Translations under genes and position numbers: made by a program
Notes under the pieces: generated by a model
Told to the model about the DNA's origin: nothing
Seen by the model: the letters and a program-made list of their open reading frames with translations, nothing else
Databases searched by the model: none
DNA from: Candidatus Methanovirga aequatorialis
GTDB lineage: Archaea; Methanobacteriota; Methanobacteria; Methanobacteriales; Methanobacteriaceae
DNA length: 48,130 nt
Reading direction: 5' to 3'
Assembly: GCA_031282205.1 (NCBI GenBank)
Contig: JAITEE010000148.1
Location: 1-48,130, forward strand
In this document: in pieces, positions 32,798 to 43,006 of the stretch
How the letters are laid out: each line of letters opens with the position of its first letter
Numbering within the stretch: the first letter of the stretch is position 1

Positions 32798-33057
32798 GAT
32801 TATCACCATATAAGTTTATTTTATTAAATTTTTATTAGTCTATTAATATTTATTTTATTAATCCATTTAATGAGGTAGTTACTAACTCACAAGTTGAAAT
32901 ATTTATTTAATTTATTAATATCATCATTTAAATCACCAATCAATCGTTATAATATAAAATAATTTGTCATGTTAAATATTAACAACTAAACATCGACAAT
33001 CCATAAGAAATATTAATTAATTTTTAGTAAATCTTAATTGATTAGTGTAGTTATTCT

Positions 33058-33669
33058 TTATTCTTTTTTTATCTCTCCATTCTCTTTTTTAGGCTTTTTA
33101 CAGACCTTAACTTTAGAATATTTAATAACCTTATCTTTTAAGGTGTATCCTTTCATTAATTCCTCAATTACTACACCATCTTCATAATCATCCTTATCTT
33201 CCACCATGAGAGCTTCATGTTTAAATGGATCAAATTTTACATCTTTAGCCTCAATTTCTTTAAGACCTTCTTTCTCAAGAACATTTTTTAATTTTGCATA
33301 TATCAACTCTGTACCTTCCTTAAGTTCATCCATATTTTTAGATTGTTTTAAAACTCTTTCAAGGTCTTCATAACAGTCAAGAATATTCATTATTAAATTT
33401 TCATTAGCAAAGTTAATAATATTTTGATTATGCTTTTCATTTTGCTTTTTAAAGTTTTCAAAATCAGCTTGAAGCCTAAGATAACGAGAATTTTGTTCTT
33501 CTAATTCTTCATCCTTTTTGACAAGATCTTCATTTGCATCGATTAAATTTTGATCTTTTAAATCCAATTTTTCCTCTGTTTCGGTTAATTTTTCATTTTT
33601 ATCCTCTAAATCAGATTTTAATTGTTTTAATTCTTCTTTTAACTTTGTTATCTTGGTATCATCAGCCAT
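33058..33669 (-). CDS. grpE: nucleotide exchange factor GrpE
   Basis: Coiled-coil N-terminus, [11 protein letters not shown] motif and a C-terminal beta domain. I chose the ATG (MADDTK) after an AAGGTGA site. Confidence 0.9.
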   Translation of the reverse strand: MADDTKITKLKEELKQLKSDLEDKNEKLTETEEKLDLKDQNLIDANEDLVKKDEELEEQNSRYLRLQADFENFKKQNEKHNQNIINFANENLIMNILDCYEDLERVLKQSKNMDELKEGTELIYAKLKNVLEKEGLKEIEAKDVKFDPFKHEALMVEDKDDYEDGVVIEELMKGYTLKDKVIKYSKVKVCKKPKKENGEIKKE

Positions 33670-34376
33670 CACATCACCTTCAAAGTTCAATGTAAGTAGT
33701 AAGAAAGATTTTCAATTTATAACAACAATTTAAAAGTTACTTTTAAATAAATTCCAATGAAAATTGTAAATTTAAGAGATTAAGTTGAATTGACTGTTGA
33801 TACTGAATTTTGAATTAATAAAAACAAAATATAAAATAGCTAAATAACCATCTAATCATCAGACCAAATTTAACCATTTATTTTATATTATTGAGTTCAA
33901 ACCTTTTATAAATGTTTTAATTAATTAAATCAGCAGTTTAAATAGGTCAAAAAATGGAAAATATTAAAGTAACAAAAAGTAATCTTTCCCAATTATATTA
34001 TAGTAACTAAATGTTATATAAATGTTTCGATTTTAGTAACTTAAAGTAAATAAAAAAATAGTCATATATTATTAGTAAATTATTATATATAATTATATCT
34101 ATTAATATCGTTGTTTGTTGTTTTAAAATCTCGACTGCCGTGATTGTTTACAATATGAAAAGATACTAAACGTTAGAGTAACACCAGAAAACATTTTTAA
34201 GATACGATTATTCGTGACTATGAACAGCTATTTATCAATTGGTAAAATAGATCATAGATTCATTAATTTTTATTAGCGGCTATAAAAATTTATCTTGATA
34301 AATTTAAAAGGTTCTTAAAATTTAAGTAATTCCAAAAATATAACACTAATAAAAGAATAATTGCCATTATTAGAAC

Positions 34377-35614
34377 CAAGGTGTCTGATTTATTGGTGAT
34401 CAACGAATCCTGTAATTTCTTGAATTTCCTTGTAACCTTTGGAAATCAGTATCCCTACTAAAAGTACATTCAGATACACGTATTTATAAACAGATTTCTT
34501 AGTATAGACATGAATATCCCTTAAATCCAATTCATTTTTAAAATTTGAAAAATTCCTCAATTTTCCACCTTGTTCGCCTAAAATCCTCCCATTTAAGACA
34601 AATCAAATAATTTCTCCCTTAAAGATTTGTAAATTGGATTTTTAGGATGGTTTATATCAAAATAATCTAACAAGTTTTGAATCTTATCTTTTAGAACTTC
34701 CAAACTTGGTTTCTCCTTAAGAAATATCAAAGGCACAATTTTATACTTATTTATACCAGTTAAATAGTTCATAGCACTGTAAAAACCTTTATCACACAAA
34801 ATTAACTGTCTTTTTCTTAAAATTTTCCTTTTTTAAGCTAAAATAAGATTTCATCAAATATTTTACTATCATGCGGTGATCCCTCATGTACTAATATAGC
34901 CAATGGCTTACAAGTCTTCTGATCCATTAGTTATTGTCATTTTAAAACCTGAATAATGCCAAATACTCGTAATAAGCTCTTTTATAGTCTTTAGTAAGCA
35001 ACATTTCCTTACTTAAAAACTTCCCACTGAACTTTAAATCTAATGTGATTGAAGTTGAATTAACTATTATGGTCTTAATATTTCTTATTTTTTGAAATTG
35101 TAGCTTATTTAATGTTTTTAAAGCTAATTCCAAGTATTTTCCTCACTACGTTGAATAAATCTCTCTTATTTTTTCTATTTTTGGTAAGTCTTTAATACCG
35201 AGAAAATTACGAAGCTTAGACTTACTATTCACTTGATTGTGAACATTATTCAGCCCTAATTTAAAAAATATTGATAATAATACCAATTTTAACATTATTT
35301 GATGGCTTTCAATCTTTTTTAAGCCATTTCAAGCTAATTCTTCTTGAAAAGTTCTATGAATCGATAACTTTAAGTACTTTGCCAAACAATATCCATATAG
35401 GTCTTTTTTATCAGGATTTAACGGGATTTTCATTTTAAATCATCAATTAAATATATAATCCCGATAGTATTTAAATATTTCGATTTTAAAAGCCCTAAAT
35501 TTAAAACTATTTGTAAATAATTTGTGCTTTTAATGAAGTGCCATGATTAATTGTTATTTATTGGGAAATACCTTTAAAGAAGTCGTGAAACTTTCATGAA
35601 AATCAGACACCTTG
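34377..35614 (-). mobile_element. decayed IS element (DDE transposase, IS4/ISH3/ISM1-like) with 15-bp terminal inverted repeats and an 8-bp target-site duplication
   Basis: Left inverted repeat caaggtgtctgattt (34377-34391); right inverted repeat aaatcagacaccttg (35600-35614). Flanks are attagaac and atcagaac (7 of 8 identical). Confidence 0.8.
34390..35433 (-). pseudogene. transposase remnant broken by multiple stops and frameshifts
   Basis: Fragments read MKIPLNPDKKDLYGY..., ...VHEGSPHDSKIFDEIL..., [12 protein letters not shown] (DDE-region D-K-G-F/Y), and a tail RWKIEEFF-like sequence ending VDHQ*. They sit in different frames. Confidence 0.7.
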
Positions 35615-35921
35615 ATCAGAACATAATCTTTAAAAAACTGTTTAAAATTTGTTAAAAAATTACAAGATTTATAAATTCTTTTATTTAAATTTAAGAACTA
35701 ATCATTGAGTTTATTTCAATTTTTACAATGAAATATTATGTATTTTTAGACTCCAAAATGTATAAATCATGTTACAACATGAAATAAGTATGAAAAGTGC
35801 TCTAAAATTCACTCAATTTCCAACACCCTGTATATAGTGTACGCAGTAATACAATATAAATACAATATAAATATTAAAATAACAAAAAGTTATATAAATA
35901 GTAAGTAACATAGTATATTTT

Positions 35922-36428
35922 ATGATAGATAACAATAACTTAAACAACATGGACATTGAAGATATTCTTGATGTTATGGGGTGCCGTACTAGGAGAGAGA
36001 TCATAACTCTTTTAAGAGAGGAGCCAAGATTTGTTAGTGAAATCTCAAAAAAGTTAGAAGTAGGTCAAAAAGCTATTATAGAACATTTAAAAGCTATGGA
36101 AGAGATGGGAATTCTAGAATCTTCTTTTAAAAAAGTGGTAAGAGGTAGGCCTCGTAAATATTATGAACTACCTAACGATTTCAGTATACATATCACCATA
36201 ACAAAAAATACTCTAAAGATCGATATTACAGAAGATCTTTTAAATTTAAAACAACTACCTTCTGGTGATGAGTGGTCAAAATTGTTAGAATTAGAAAAAA
36301 AAATTGATAACGGCCATTGGGAAGCCATTGAAGATTTAAAAAGTCAAATTAGGATTTATAACAATCTTAAAGAAAGAGCAGAATATATTTTAGAAAGAGT
36401 TCATAGAGAAAAATTCAGACGATCATGA
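35922..36428 (+). CDS. ArsR-family winged-helix transcriptional regulator with a C-terminal helical extension
   Basis: RREIITLLREEPRFVSEISKKLEVGQKAIIEHLKAME is a classic ArsR HTH. Confidence 0.65.
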   Translation: MIDNNNLNNMDIEDILDVMGCRTRREIITLLREEPRFVSEISKKLEVGQKAIIEHLKAMEEMGILESSFKKVVRGRPRKYYELPNDFSIHITITKNTLKIDITEDLLNLKQLPSGDEWSKLLELEKKIDNGHWEAIEDLKSQIRIYNNLKERAEYILERVHREKFRRS

Positions 36429-36461
36429 AGTATTATCAATAATAAAATGACAGGTGATAGC

Positions 36462-36785
36462 ATGAAAGGAAAAGTATTCTATGGTAAAGGAATGAGTGGA
36501 ATTAAAGAGGAATATCCAGATATTTATGAGGCAGTTGTTGGATTGAACGAAGTGGTTTTTACAGGTAAAATTTTAGATTATAAAACTCAGAAGTTGATAG
36601 CCATTGCCATTGCTGCATCAAACTCTGATAATAGAGCCATTAAAAAGCAGATTTCAAGTGCTATTTCTGAATTTAAGGTTAGTAAAGACGAGATCATGGA
36701 CGTGCTTCGTGTTGTTTTATTAACGTCAGGTATGCCTCAGTTTATTAAAGCCGTTAACATATTAAATGAAATTTTTAATGATTAA
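36462..36785 (+). CDS. carboxymuconolactone decarboxylase (AhpD-like) family protein
   Basis: KTQKLIAIAIAAS...DEIMDVLRVVLLTSGMP pattern. The ATG lies 4 nt after an AGGTGA site. Confidence 0.65.
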   Translation: MKGKVFYGKGMSGIKEEYPDIYEAVVGLNEVVFTGKILDYKTQKLIAIAIAASNSDNRAIKKQISSAISEFKVSKDEIMDVLRVVLLTSGMPQFIKAVNILNEIFND

Positions 36786-36800
36786 ACAACTTTAAAAAAA

Positions 36801-36923
36801 ATGATAGAAATAGAAGAGCTATGCAAAATCTTAGACATCATGGTAGAAGAATTTAAAGACTACTGTTCAAATAAACAGAACATGCTCATAAATGAATTTA
36901 GAAAATGGAAAAAAAGCAAGTAA
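36801..36923 (+). CDS. possible 40-aa small ORF (MIEIEELCKILDIMVEEFKDYCSNKQNMLINEFRKWKKSK)
   Basis: Read by eye; below the ORF-track cutoff. Its stop abuts repeat copy 1. Confidence 0.25.
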   Translation: MIEIEELCKILDIMVEEFKDYCSNKQNMLINEFRKWKKSK

Positions 36924-36924
36924 A

Positions 36925-37186
36925 GTAGTATGGCGAACCACCTTCTCTGGAAAAAAACAGGTAAACTAGTGTCATGAAAATTTAATTTTTGCGATAATTT
37001 TATATATAGTTTTTATGAATAATATAAATAAGAGTTCCACGAATTAAGCTGGAATTTCACTAAAACGATACAAATGAAAAAAATTATCAAAGTATTATAT
37101 TAGAATAATTAAATTTTCACAACACTAGTAATGGCGAACCACCTTCTCTGGAAAAAAAACAGGTAAACTAGTATGGCGAACCATCT
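36925..37186. repeat. three copies of a ~45-nt module (tagta(a)tggcgaaccaccttctctgg-A7/8-caggtaaactagt); the third copy is the native 3' end of the LUD gene; copies 1 and 2 bracket a 163-bp inverted-repeat-bounded segment
   Basis: Copy 1 is 36925-36970 and copy 2 is 37126-37172; they are identical apart from two 1-nt indels. Copy 3 is 37169-37186 or slightly beyond. The inverted repeat is 36966-36987 versus 37107-37128 (20 of 22). Confidence 0.8.
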
Positions 37187-38376
37187 TTTTTAATTTTGTC
37201 TTTAATTTCGTCATGGATCTTTGGATAGGTTCCTTGTTTATGGTCTGTACGAATTTTTTCAAGAATTTCATTGGTTGCAATAGTGACTGGACAATTTAGA
37301 GTGCATAAACCACAAAGAGTGCATTTGTAAAGACCTGAATCAAAACTATCATCCATATTCTTAATAAATCTGCTTATAGCAACACCTCGACCGCCTAAAT
37401 AGTTGTTAAAGCCAAACTCATTACCAATAACTTTGTAAACTGGGCAGGTTACCACACAACTACCACAACCAATACAATATAAGGATTCCTTAATATTTTT
37501 CATTGCCTTAGATCTTCCATTATCTAGAAATATAACAACTACTTTCCATGCTCCATACATATTTTTTAAGATCTTTTTCTCAATGTCAGCTGTTTTAGAA
37601 GGACCAGATATTATATTCATGTAAGACGTTATCTTTGATCCTGTTGCATAAACAGTTTCTAATTTAGCTATTGAAATAGCATCTTCAATGGTCTCAACAA
37701 GTTTATCAATACCAACTACAACAATATGTGTTTTCATTAAAGAAACCAAGGATATGTTGCCCTCATTATGAACAAAAACAATGGAACCGTCTTGACTTGC
37801 TATCGCATTAGCACCACTCAAACCAACATTAGAATTAGCTATTTTTTCTTTAACATCCTCTCTAATAACGTTCATAATTTCGTGGGGATCAGGTTTAATA
37901 TTAAGGTTCATTGCTGAGTTAACAACGTCCGCTATGTGTTCTACATCTAAATGTGAGGCAGGTCCAGTGGGATGTGTTGGTTCGTTGTTAGTTTCTTTAA
38001 GTTGGAGTATACGATCCCCAAGATCGGTTTCAACAACTTCAACACCTTTTAATTTAAGGAAATCAGAAATAGTTATTTCTCTAAGGGTATTGGACTTGGA
38101 TTTCCCTACAACATCCTCTTTTTCTTCTTTAACGATGTTATAAATAATATCTCTTGCTTGTTTATCATCCTCTGCAAAGAAAACGTCTACACCATTTTTT
38201 TTTAAAGATTGTCTAGCTGCCTCAAGAAGTTCACGATTATCTTCAATTCCCCTTTTTCTGATGTTTTTAACTTTTTCTTCAAGTTCTTTAATTTGAGGAT
38301 CATTTAATAACTTCTTTCTTTTATCAACTAAAGTTTTAAAAGATTTATTCATGATTCTAATCTCATCAGAATTCAT
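37168..38376 (-). CDS. LUD-domain protein with C-terminal 2x[4Fe-4S] ferredoxin domain (LutB-like)
   Basis: CIGCGSCVVTCP and CTLCGLCTLNCP lie after an LUD/DUF162-like N-terminal region. The gene overlaps the upstream gene by 11 nt. Confidence 0.75.
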   Translation of the reverse strand: MNSDEIRIMNKSFKTLVDKRKKLLNDPQIKELEEKVKNIRKRGIEDNRELLEAARQSLKKNGVDVFFAEDDKQARDIIYNIVKEEKEDVVGKSKSNTLREITISDFLKLKGVEVVETDLGDRILQLKETNNEPTHPTGPASHLDVEHIADVVNSAMNLNIKPDPHEIMNVIREDVKEKIANSNVGLSGANAIASQDGSIVFVHNEGNISLVSLMKTHIVVVGIDKLVETIEDAISIAKLETVYATGSKITSYMNIISGPSKTADIEKKILKNMYGAWKVVVIFLDNGRSKAMKNIKESLYCIGCGSCVVTCPVYKVIGNEFGFNNYLGGRGVAISRFIKNMDDSFDSGLYKCTLCGLCTLNCPVTIATNEILEKIRTDHKQGTYPKIHDEIKDKIKKDGSPY

Positions 38377-39052
38377 TGAGTGTCCTCCTTAAAACGAATT
38401 CAGAAATATCTAAAACTGGTATTGAAGAATTTTCATCTAAGTTCAAATGACAAAAAGGACAAGTGGTGATGATAAGCTCAGCTTCTGTATTTTCAGCTTC
38501 TTTCATTCGATTAATAGCTATCTCTTTAGATATTTCAGGATAAGCTGATTTAACTCCCCCACCAGAGCCACAACACATAGAGTTCTCTTTAATATTTTCC
38601 ATTTCTTTTAAATTAGCAAAATTCTCAATAACCTCTCTTGGAGCATCATATTCTCCAGCATGTCTTCCCAAATGACATGGGTCATGATAAGTGACTATTA
38701 AATCCTTTGGATTATTTTTTTCTAATTTACCTTCATTAATCAAGTCTTTTAACAACTGACTTATATGGATAACATCCAAATCAACACCAAAATATTTCTT
38801 GTAATCTTTTTTAAGTGTTTTATAGCAGCCTGCACAACTTACTAAAATTTTTTCATCTTTAAATTGATCCGAATTCTTTTTCATCACGCCTTTAGCGTCT
38901 TCTTCAAATCCAGTTCTTAAAAGAAAAGAACCACAGCATCCTTCATTGTCAATTGTATAATAATCAATATCAAGTAGATTCAATAGCTTCTCTGTAGAAT
39001 TAGGAATATTTTTTAACTTTTCTCTTCCAGTACATCCTTTAAAATATAACAT
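38366..39052 (-). CDS. CCG-domain (Fe-S) oxidoreductase subunit (LutA/GlpC/HdrB-like)
   Basis: Two Cys-rich CCG-type motifs: GCCGSFLL...CAGC and HDPCHLGRH...MCCGSGGG...CPFC. Confidence 0.75.
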   Translation of the reverse strand: MLYFKGCTGREKLKNIPNSTEKLLNLLDIDYYTIDNEGCCGSFLLRTGFEEDAKGVMKKNSDQFKDEKILVSCAGCYKTLKKDYKKYFGVDLDVIHISQLLKDLINEGKLEKNNPKDLIVTYHDPCHLGRHAGEYDAPREVIENFANLKEMENIKENSMCCGSGGGVKSAYPEISKEIAINRMKEAENTEAELIITTCPFCHLNLDENSSIPVLDISEFVLRRTLNEF

Positions 39053-39660
39053 TAGGTATCCACCCTATAAAAAATATGAAAACATTGTTTTTTAAAATAA
39101 TGCGTCTAATTTGTCGATGCAAATAAAATCTTATATAAATTATACAAGCCTATTGACTACCAAATAGAGGTTGTTACAGGTTCATTTGATCAATTCAAAT
39201 TCGATAAAATTAAATATTTTAATCAATTAATAAATAAAATAACTTACAAATAAATAAAGCATTATAATAAATTAAATTAAAAATAAATAAATTAACATAA
39301 TGCGGCCAATTAAGAGTTTAAACCATTTAAAAATTTTAAATCAATTAGTGATGTTATCAACAATTAAAATTACTTTAAATCATTTATTATATTCATGAGC
39401 AAAATTTAATATTTAACTTGTAAATTTAAGACACCATGATACGTTATCCACCAAACGTATGATCCAATTAATAATTAAATTTTAGTTAAAATTGTTGGGC
39501 AAACTCTAATAGAAAAACTAATTTAATATTAAAGTAAGATATGATTATTATAATTTATAAAAATTTTGATAATTGATGATGTATCATGGTTTTATATTGA
39601 TTAGTTTTATGATGTTGATTAACTTAAATACCATAACAATACGAAGTTAAGGGTGTTACC

Positions 39661-39858
39661 ATGAAAGAAGATATTCCTATAAATGATATTAAGAGAAAAA
39701 TAAGTAAAACTGGAATTTTTGTTGGAATTCTTATTATACTTTTTGCACTGACTTGGATCGCTGTTGAGTTAGGACTTATTCCAAAAGTTATTCTAAACTT
39801 GTGGCCCCAAATTATATTGTTAATCGTTGGAATATTTATTTTATACAAAGCGTTGTAA
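39661..39858 (+). CDS. small two-TM membrane protein
   Basis: 65-aa ORF behind a GGGTG-type ribosome-binding site. Confidence 0.45.
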   Translation: MKEDIPINDIKRKISKTGIFVGILIILFALTWIAVELGLIPKVILNLWPQIILLIVGIFILYKAL

Positions 39859-39922
39859 CAAAGAATAAAATAATTTCTAATCAATGAAAAAAACTTAACT
39901 AAAAAATAAAAGGTGAATGAGT

Positions 39923-40948
39923 ATGGAACTAATGAAAAAATTATCTCTTACTCCAGGAATTTCTGGATTTGAAGGAGAAATTACGAATATTATTAAAGAT
40001 GAACTTAACGAGTACGTTGACTGTGTTGAAGAAGATTTGTTAGGTAATGTAATAGCCACTAAAAAAGGAGAATCTTCGACAAAAATAATGTTAGCTGCTC
40101 ATATGGATGAAATAGGACTTATGGTACGATATATTGATAAAAAAGGTTTTATACTATTTACTAAAATTGGTGGAATCAACGATCAAATGTTAATGAATCA
40201 AAAAGTGATAATTCATGGATCAAAAGGAGATGTCGTAGGTGTTATTGGTTCAAAACCTCCTCATGTAATGAAACAAGATGAAAGAAAAAAAATGATTGAC
40301 TATGAGAAGATGTTCATAGACATTGGATCATTTTCAAAAGAAGAAAGTGAAAAGTTAGTATCCGTTGGTGATCCAATAACATTTAAAGCTGATTTTGAGG
40401 AGTTTCCTAATGATCTAATAATGGGAAAAGCATTGGACAATAGAATCGGTTGTTATGTAATGATAGAAACCTTAAAAAGAATAAATACAAAAGCAACCGT
40501 TTATGGTGTTGGAACCGTTCAAGAAGAAGTTGGTTTAAAAGGAGCTAAAGTGTCTGCATTTAAAATAAATCCAGATTTAGCTTTTGCTCTTGATGTTACA
40601 ATATCTGGAGACCATCCTGGGATTGAAAAGAAAGATTCCCCTGTAGTAATTGGAAAAGGTCCAGCTATTGTTTTAGTAGATGCGAGTGGAAGAGGAATAA
40701 TAATAACCAAAAAAATAAAAAAGATTTTAACAGAAGCAGGAAAAAGAGGGAACATTGATTATCAGTTGGAGGTAAGTGATGGTGGAACAACCGACGGAAC
40801 AGCCATTCATTTAACAAGAGAAGGTATCCCAACTGGAGTTCTTTCAGTCCCTACAAGATATATCCATACAACTGTTAGTGTTGCAAGCATGAAAGATGTC
40901 GAAAAAACGATAGATTTACTGGTAGAAGCTATTAATAACATAAAATAG
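39923..40948 (+). CDS. M42-family (TET/FrvX) aminopeptidase
   Basis: LTPGISGFE, AHMDEIG, DNRIGC, QEEVGLKGA and the remaining M42 signatures. I chose the second ATG because of its spacing from the AAGGTGA site. Confidence 0.85.
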   Translation: MELMKKLSLTPGISGFEGEITNIIKDELNEYVDCVEEDLLGNVIATKKGESSTKIMLAAHMDEIGLMVRYIDKKGFILFTKIGGINDQMLMNQKVIIHGSKGDVVGVIGSKPPHVMKQDERKKMIDYEKMFIDIGSFSKEESEKLVSVGDPITFKADFEEFPNDLIMGKALDNRIGCYVMIETLKRINTKATVYGVGTVQEEVGLKGAKVSAFKINPDLAFALDVTISGDHPGIEKKDSPVVIGKGPAIVLVDASGRGIIITKKIKKILTEAGKRGNIDYQLEVSDGGTTDGTAIHLTREGIPTGVLSVPTRYIHTTVSVASMKDVEKTIDLLVEAINNIK

Positions 40949-41417
40949 CTATTGTCTAATAAATCAGATTTATGTCCATCGACATTATTGTTTAAAACTC
41001 GTTATGGGAACACTCTTATCAAGTACATACTTTTATCTCTACCACTAGAATCACAGTAGAACTTAATCATGAAACTAATTATTTATATTTGCAAATAATT
41101 AAATTTATATATGTGATTAGTTATGACAATAGAACCAAAAATTTGTTTAACAATTTAAATGACTTAAAATTTAGTAGACGTTAAAAAAATGAAAAATGCC
41201 TAAAATTATTATGAAAGTAGTTATACCAATTTTTAAATGCCGTTTTAAATAATGAAAAATGTTTAGTAAAAACGATGATCGATCTCCCAATACAACCATT
41301 TTTTAAAAAAGCTGTTTAAAGTAAGCATGTCTGATTTTTAGTGAAATGAACATTAAATATTTAAAATTTTATGTTTAAAAGTTTTTAGATGATGTTCCAA
41401 GAATTTAAAAAATATGT

Positions 41418-41960
41418 TCAATGTTTTAGTTGAAGTAGTTCTAAATATGAATTTGTTTCAAAACCACCTGTTATGTCCAGCTTACTAAAAATTCCATGAA
41501 TTTTATCTATAGAATCCTGATAATCTGAATCATCCTCCAAATCAACTTCTATTTCAATATATGGATCTAATCCTTCAACGTCATCTAAACTTATAATATA
41601 TTCATCTAAATTATAGATTTCCCTTGTTTTTTGAACGAATCCGCCCTTATAAAAACCTAATTTTTCAAAAATTTTTAAAATTTTATCTCCATCTTCAACA
41701 CATAGTTCAATCTCTTCTCTTGTCTTAGAAATATCATCGATTTTAGGTCCTTTATACGTAATAATAGTCATTTCTTCATTTTCTTTAATAATGTTCCTTA
41801 TTCTGAATGCTTTATCATTTTGAGCAAAACCTATGTCATACCTTTCCAGATAAATATCTTTTTGAACTTCTTCACCCATTTTAACTATTTTAAGTTCTTT
41901 TAATTTTTTTTTAACCTTATCAAAGTCACCTATTTTTGCTTTAATCTCCACTTCAATCAA
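41418..41960 (-). CDS. CYTH-domain protein (class IV adenylate cyclase / triphosphate tunnel metalloenzyme)
   Basis: The N-terminal IEVEIKAKI (ExExK) motif and ~180-aa size. TTG start. Confidence 0.75.
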   Translation of the reverse strand: MIEVEIKAKIGDFDKVKKKLKELKIVKMGEEVQKDIYLERYDIGFAQNDKAFRIRNIIKENEEMTIITYKGPKIDDISKTREEIELCVEDGDKILKIFEKLGFYKGGFVQKTREIYNLDEYIISLDDVEGLDPYIEIEVDLEDDSDYQDSIDKIHGIFSKLDITGGFETNSYLELLQLKH

Positions 41961-42457
41961 ATCAACACTCTCCCATCTTTAAGTTGATTTTCAACGTTGT
42001 ATATTATATAACGTAATACATATATTAATAATTCTAAATATATGTTCGTAATAATAAGTAATAATCATATATATAAATAAAAATAATAATTCAAAGTAAT
42101 AACAATAATTCATGGAATAGTAGATAAACATGAACTATAATGATAGATTATTATAATACATTATCGCATAAAATCATATACGTGCCACCTATACAAATTT
42201 TAATCATGTCCATAAACTCATTTTAATAGATTAAACCTCCTCTTATTAACAATAGGGGATACAGCTATAAGATTATTACAACAAATTTTATATTCATGAT
42301 TTTCAACTAATATACCGATCAATAATCAAAATATTAAAATACTTACTTCCAATGAATTTTATATTTTTTAAATAGGTTTATATATTATAGTATTATATTT
42401 ATTAACAAGGATTCTTTTACTTACTTTTTTAAATATTCGTTGTTGTGAGGTTTTAAA

Positions 42458-43003
42458 TTGACTGAAAGTAATATTAAAATTGAAAATATTGTTTCTTCTG
42501 CCAGTATCGGGAAAGATATAGATTTAAAAGAAGTTTCTAAGAACTTAGAAGGTGTTACTTTTAATCGTGAGCAGTTTCCAGGGTTAGTATTTAAATTACC
42601 AGATCCTAAAACCGCCCATTTAATTTTCAGCTCTGGGAAATTAGTATGTACTGGTGCCAAAACCATAGAAGATTCCAAATTAGCTATAAAAAGAACTGTT
42701 GATTTAATGAGAGCTATGGATAAAGATATTTCCCATGAATTTGATATAAAAATACAAAATATTGTTGCATCTGCTAATTTAGGTGTGACATTAAATTTGG
42801 AGGTAATCGCTTTAGAATTACCAAATACAGAATATGAACCTGAACAATTCCCAGGTTTAGTTTTTAGACTTAGTGATCCTAAAGTCGTTTTATTATTATT
42901 TGGCTCAGGAAAAGTTGTTTGTACTGGAGCTAAAACATTTGATGATGCTAAAGTTGGTGTGGGAAAAACACAAAAAGAGCTTAAGCGGTTGAATTTAATG
43001 TAA
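42458..43003 (+). CDS. tbp: TATA-box binding protein
   Basis: Two direct repeats (IENIVSSA...EQFPGLVFKL...SGKLVCTGAK and IQNIVASA...EQFPGLVFRL...SGKVVCTGAK). TTG start after a GAGG site. Confidence 0.9.
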   Translation: MTESNIKIENIVSSASIGKDIDLKEVSKNLEGVTFNREQFPGLVFKLPDPKTAHLIFSSGKLVCTGAKTIEDSKLAIKRTVDLMRAMDKDISHEFDIKIQNIVASANLGVTLNLEVIALELPNTEYEPEQFPGLVFRLSDPKVVLLLFGSGKVVCTGAKTFDDAKVGVGKTQKELKRLNLM

Positions 43004-43006
43004 CTG

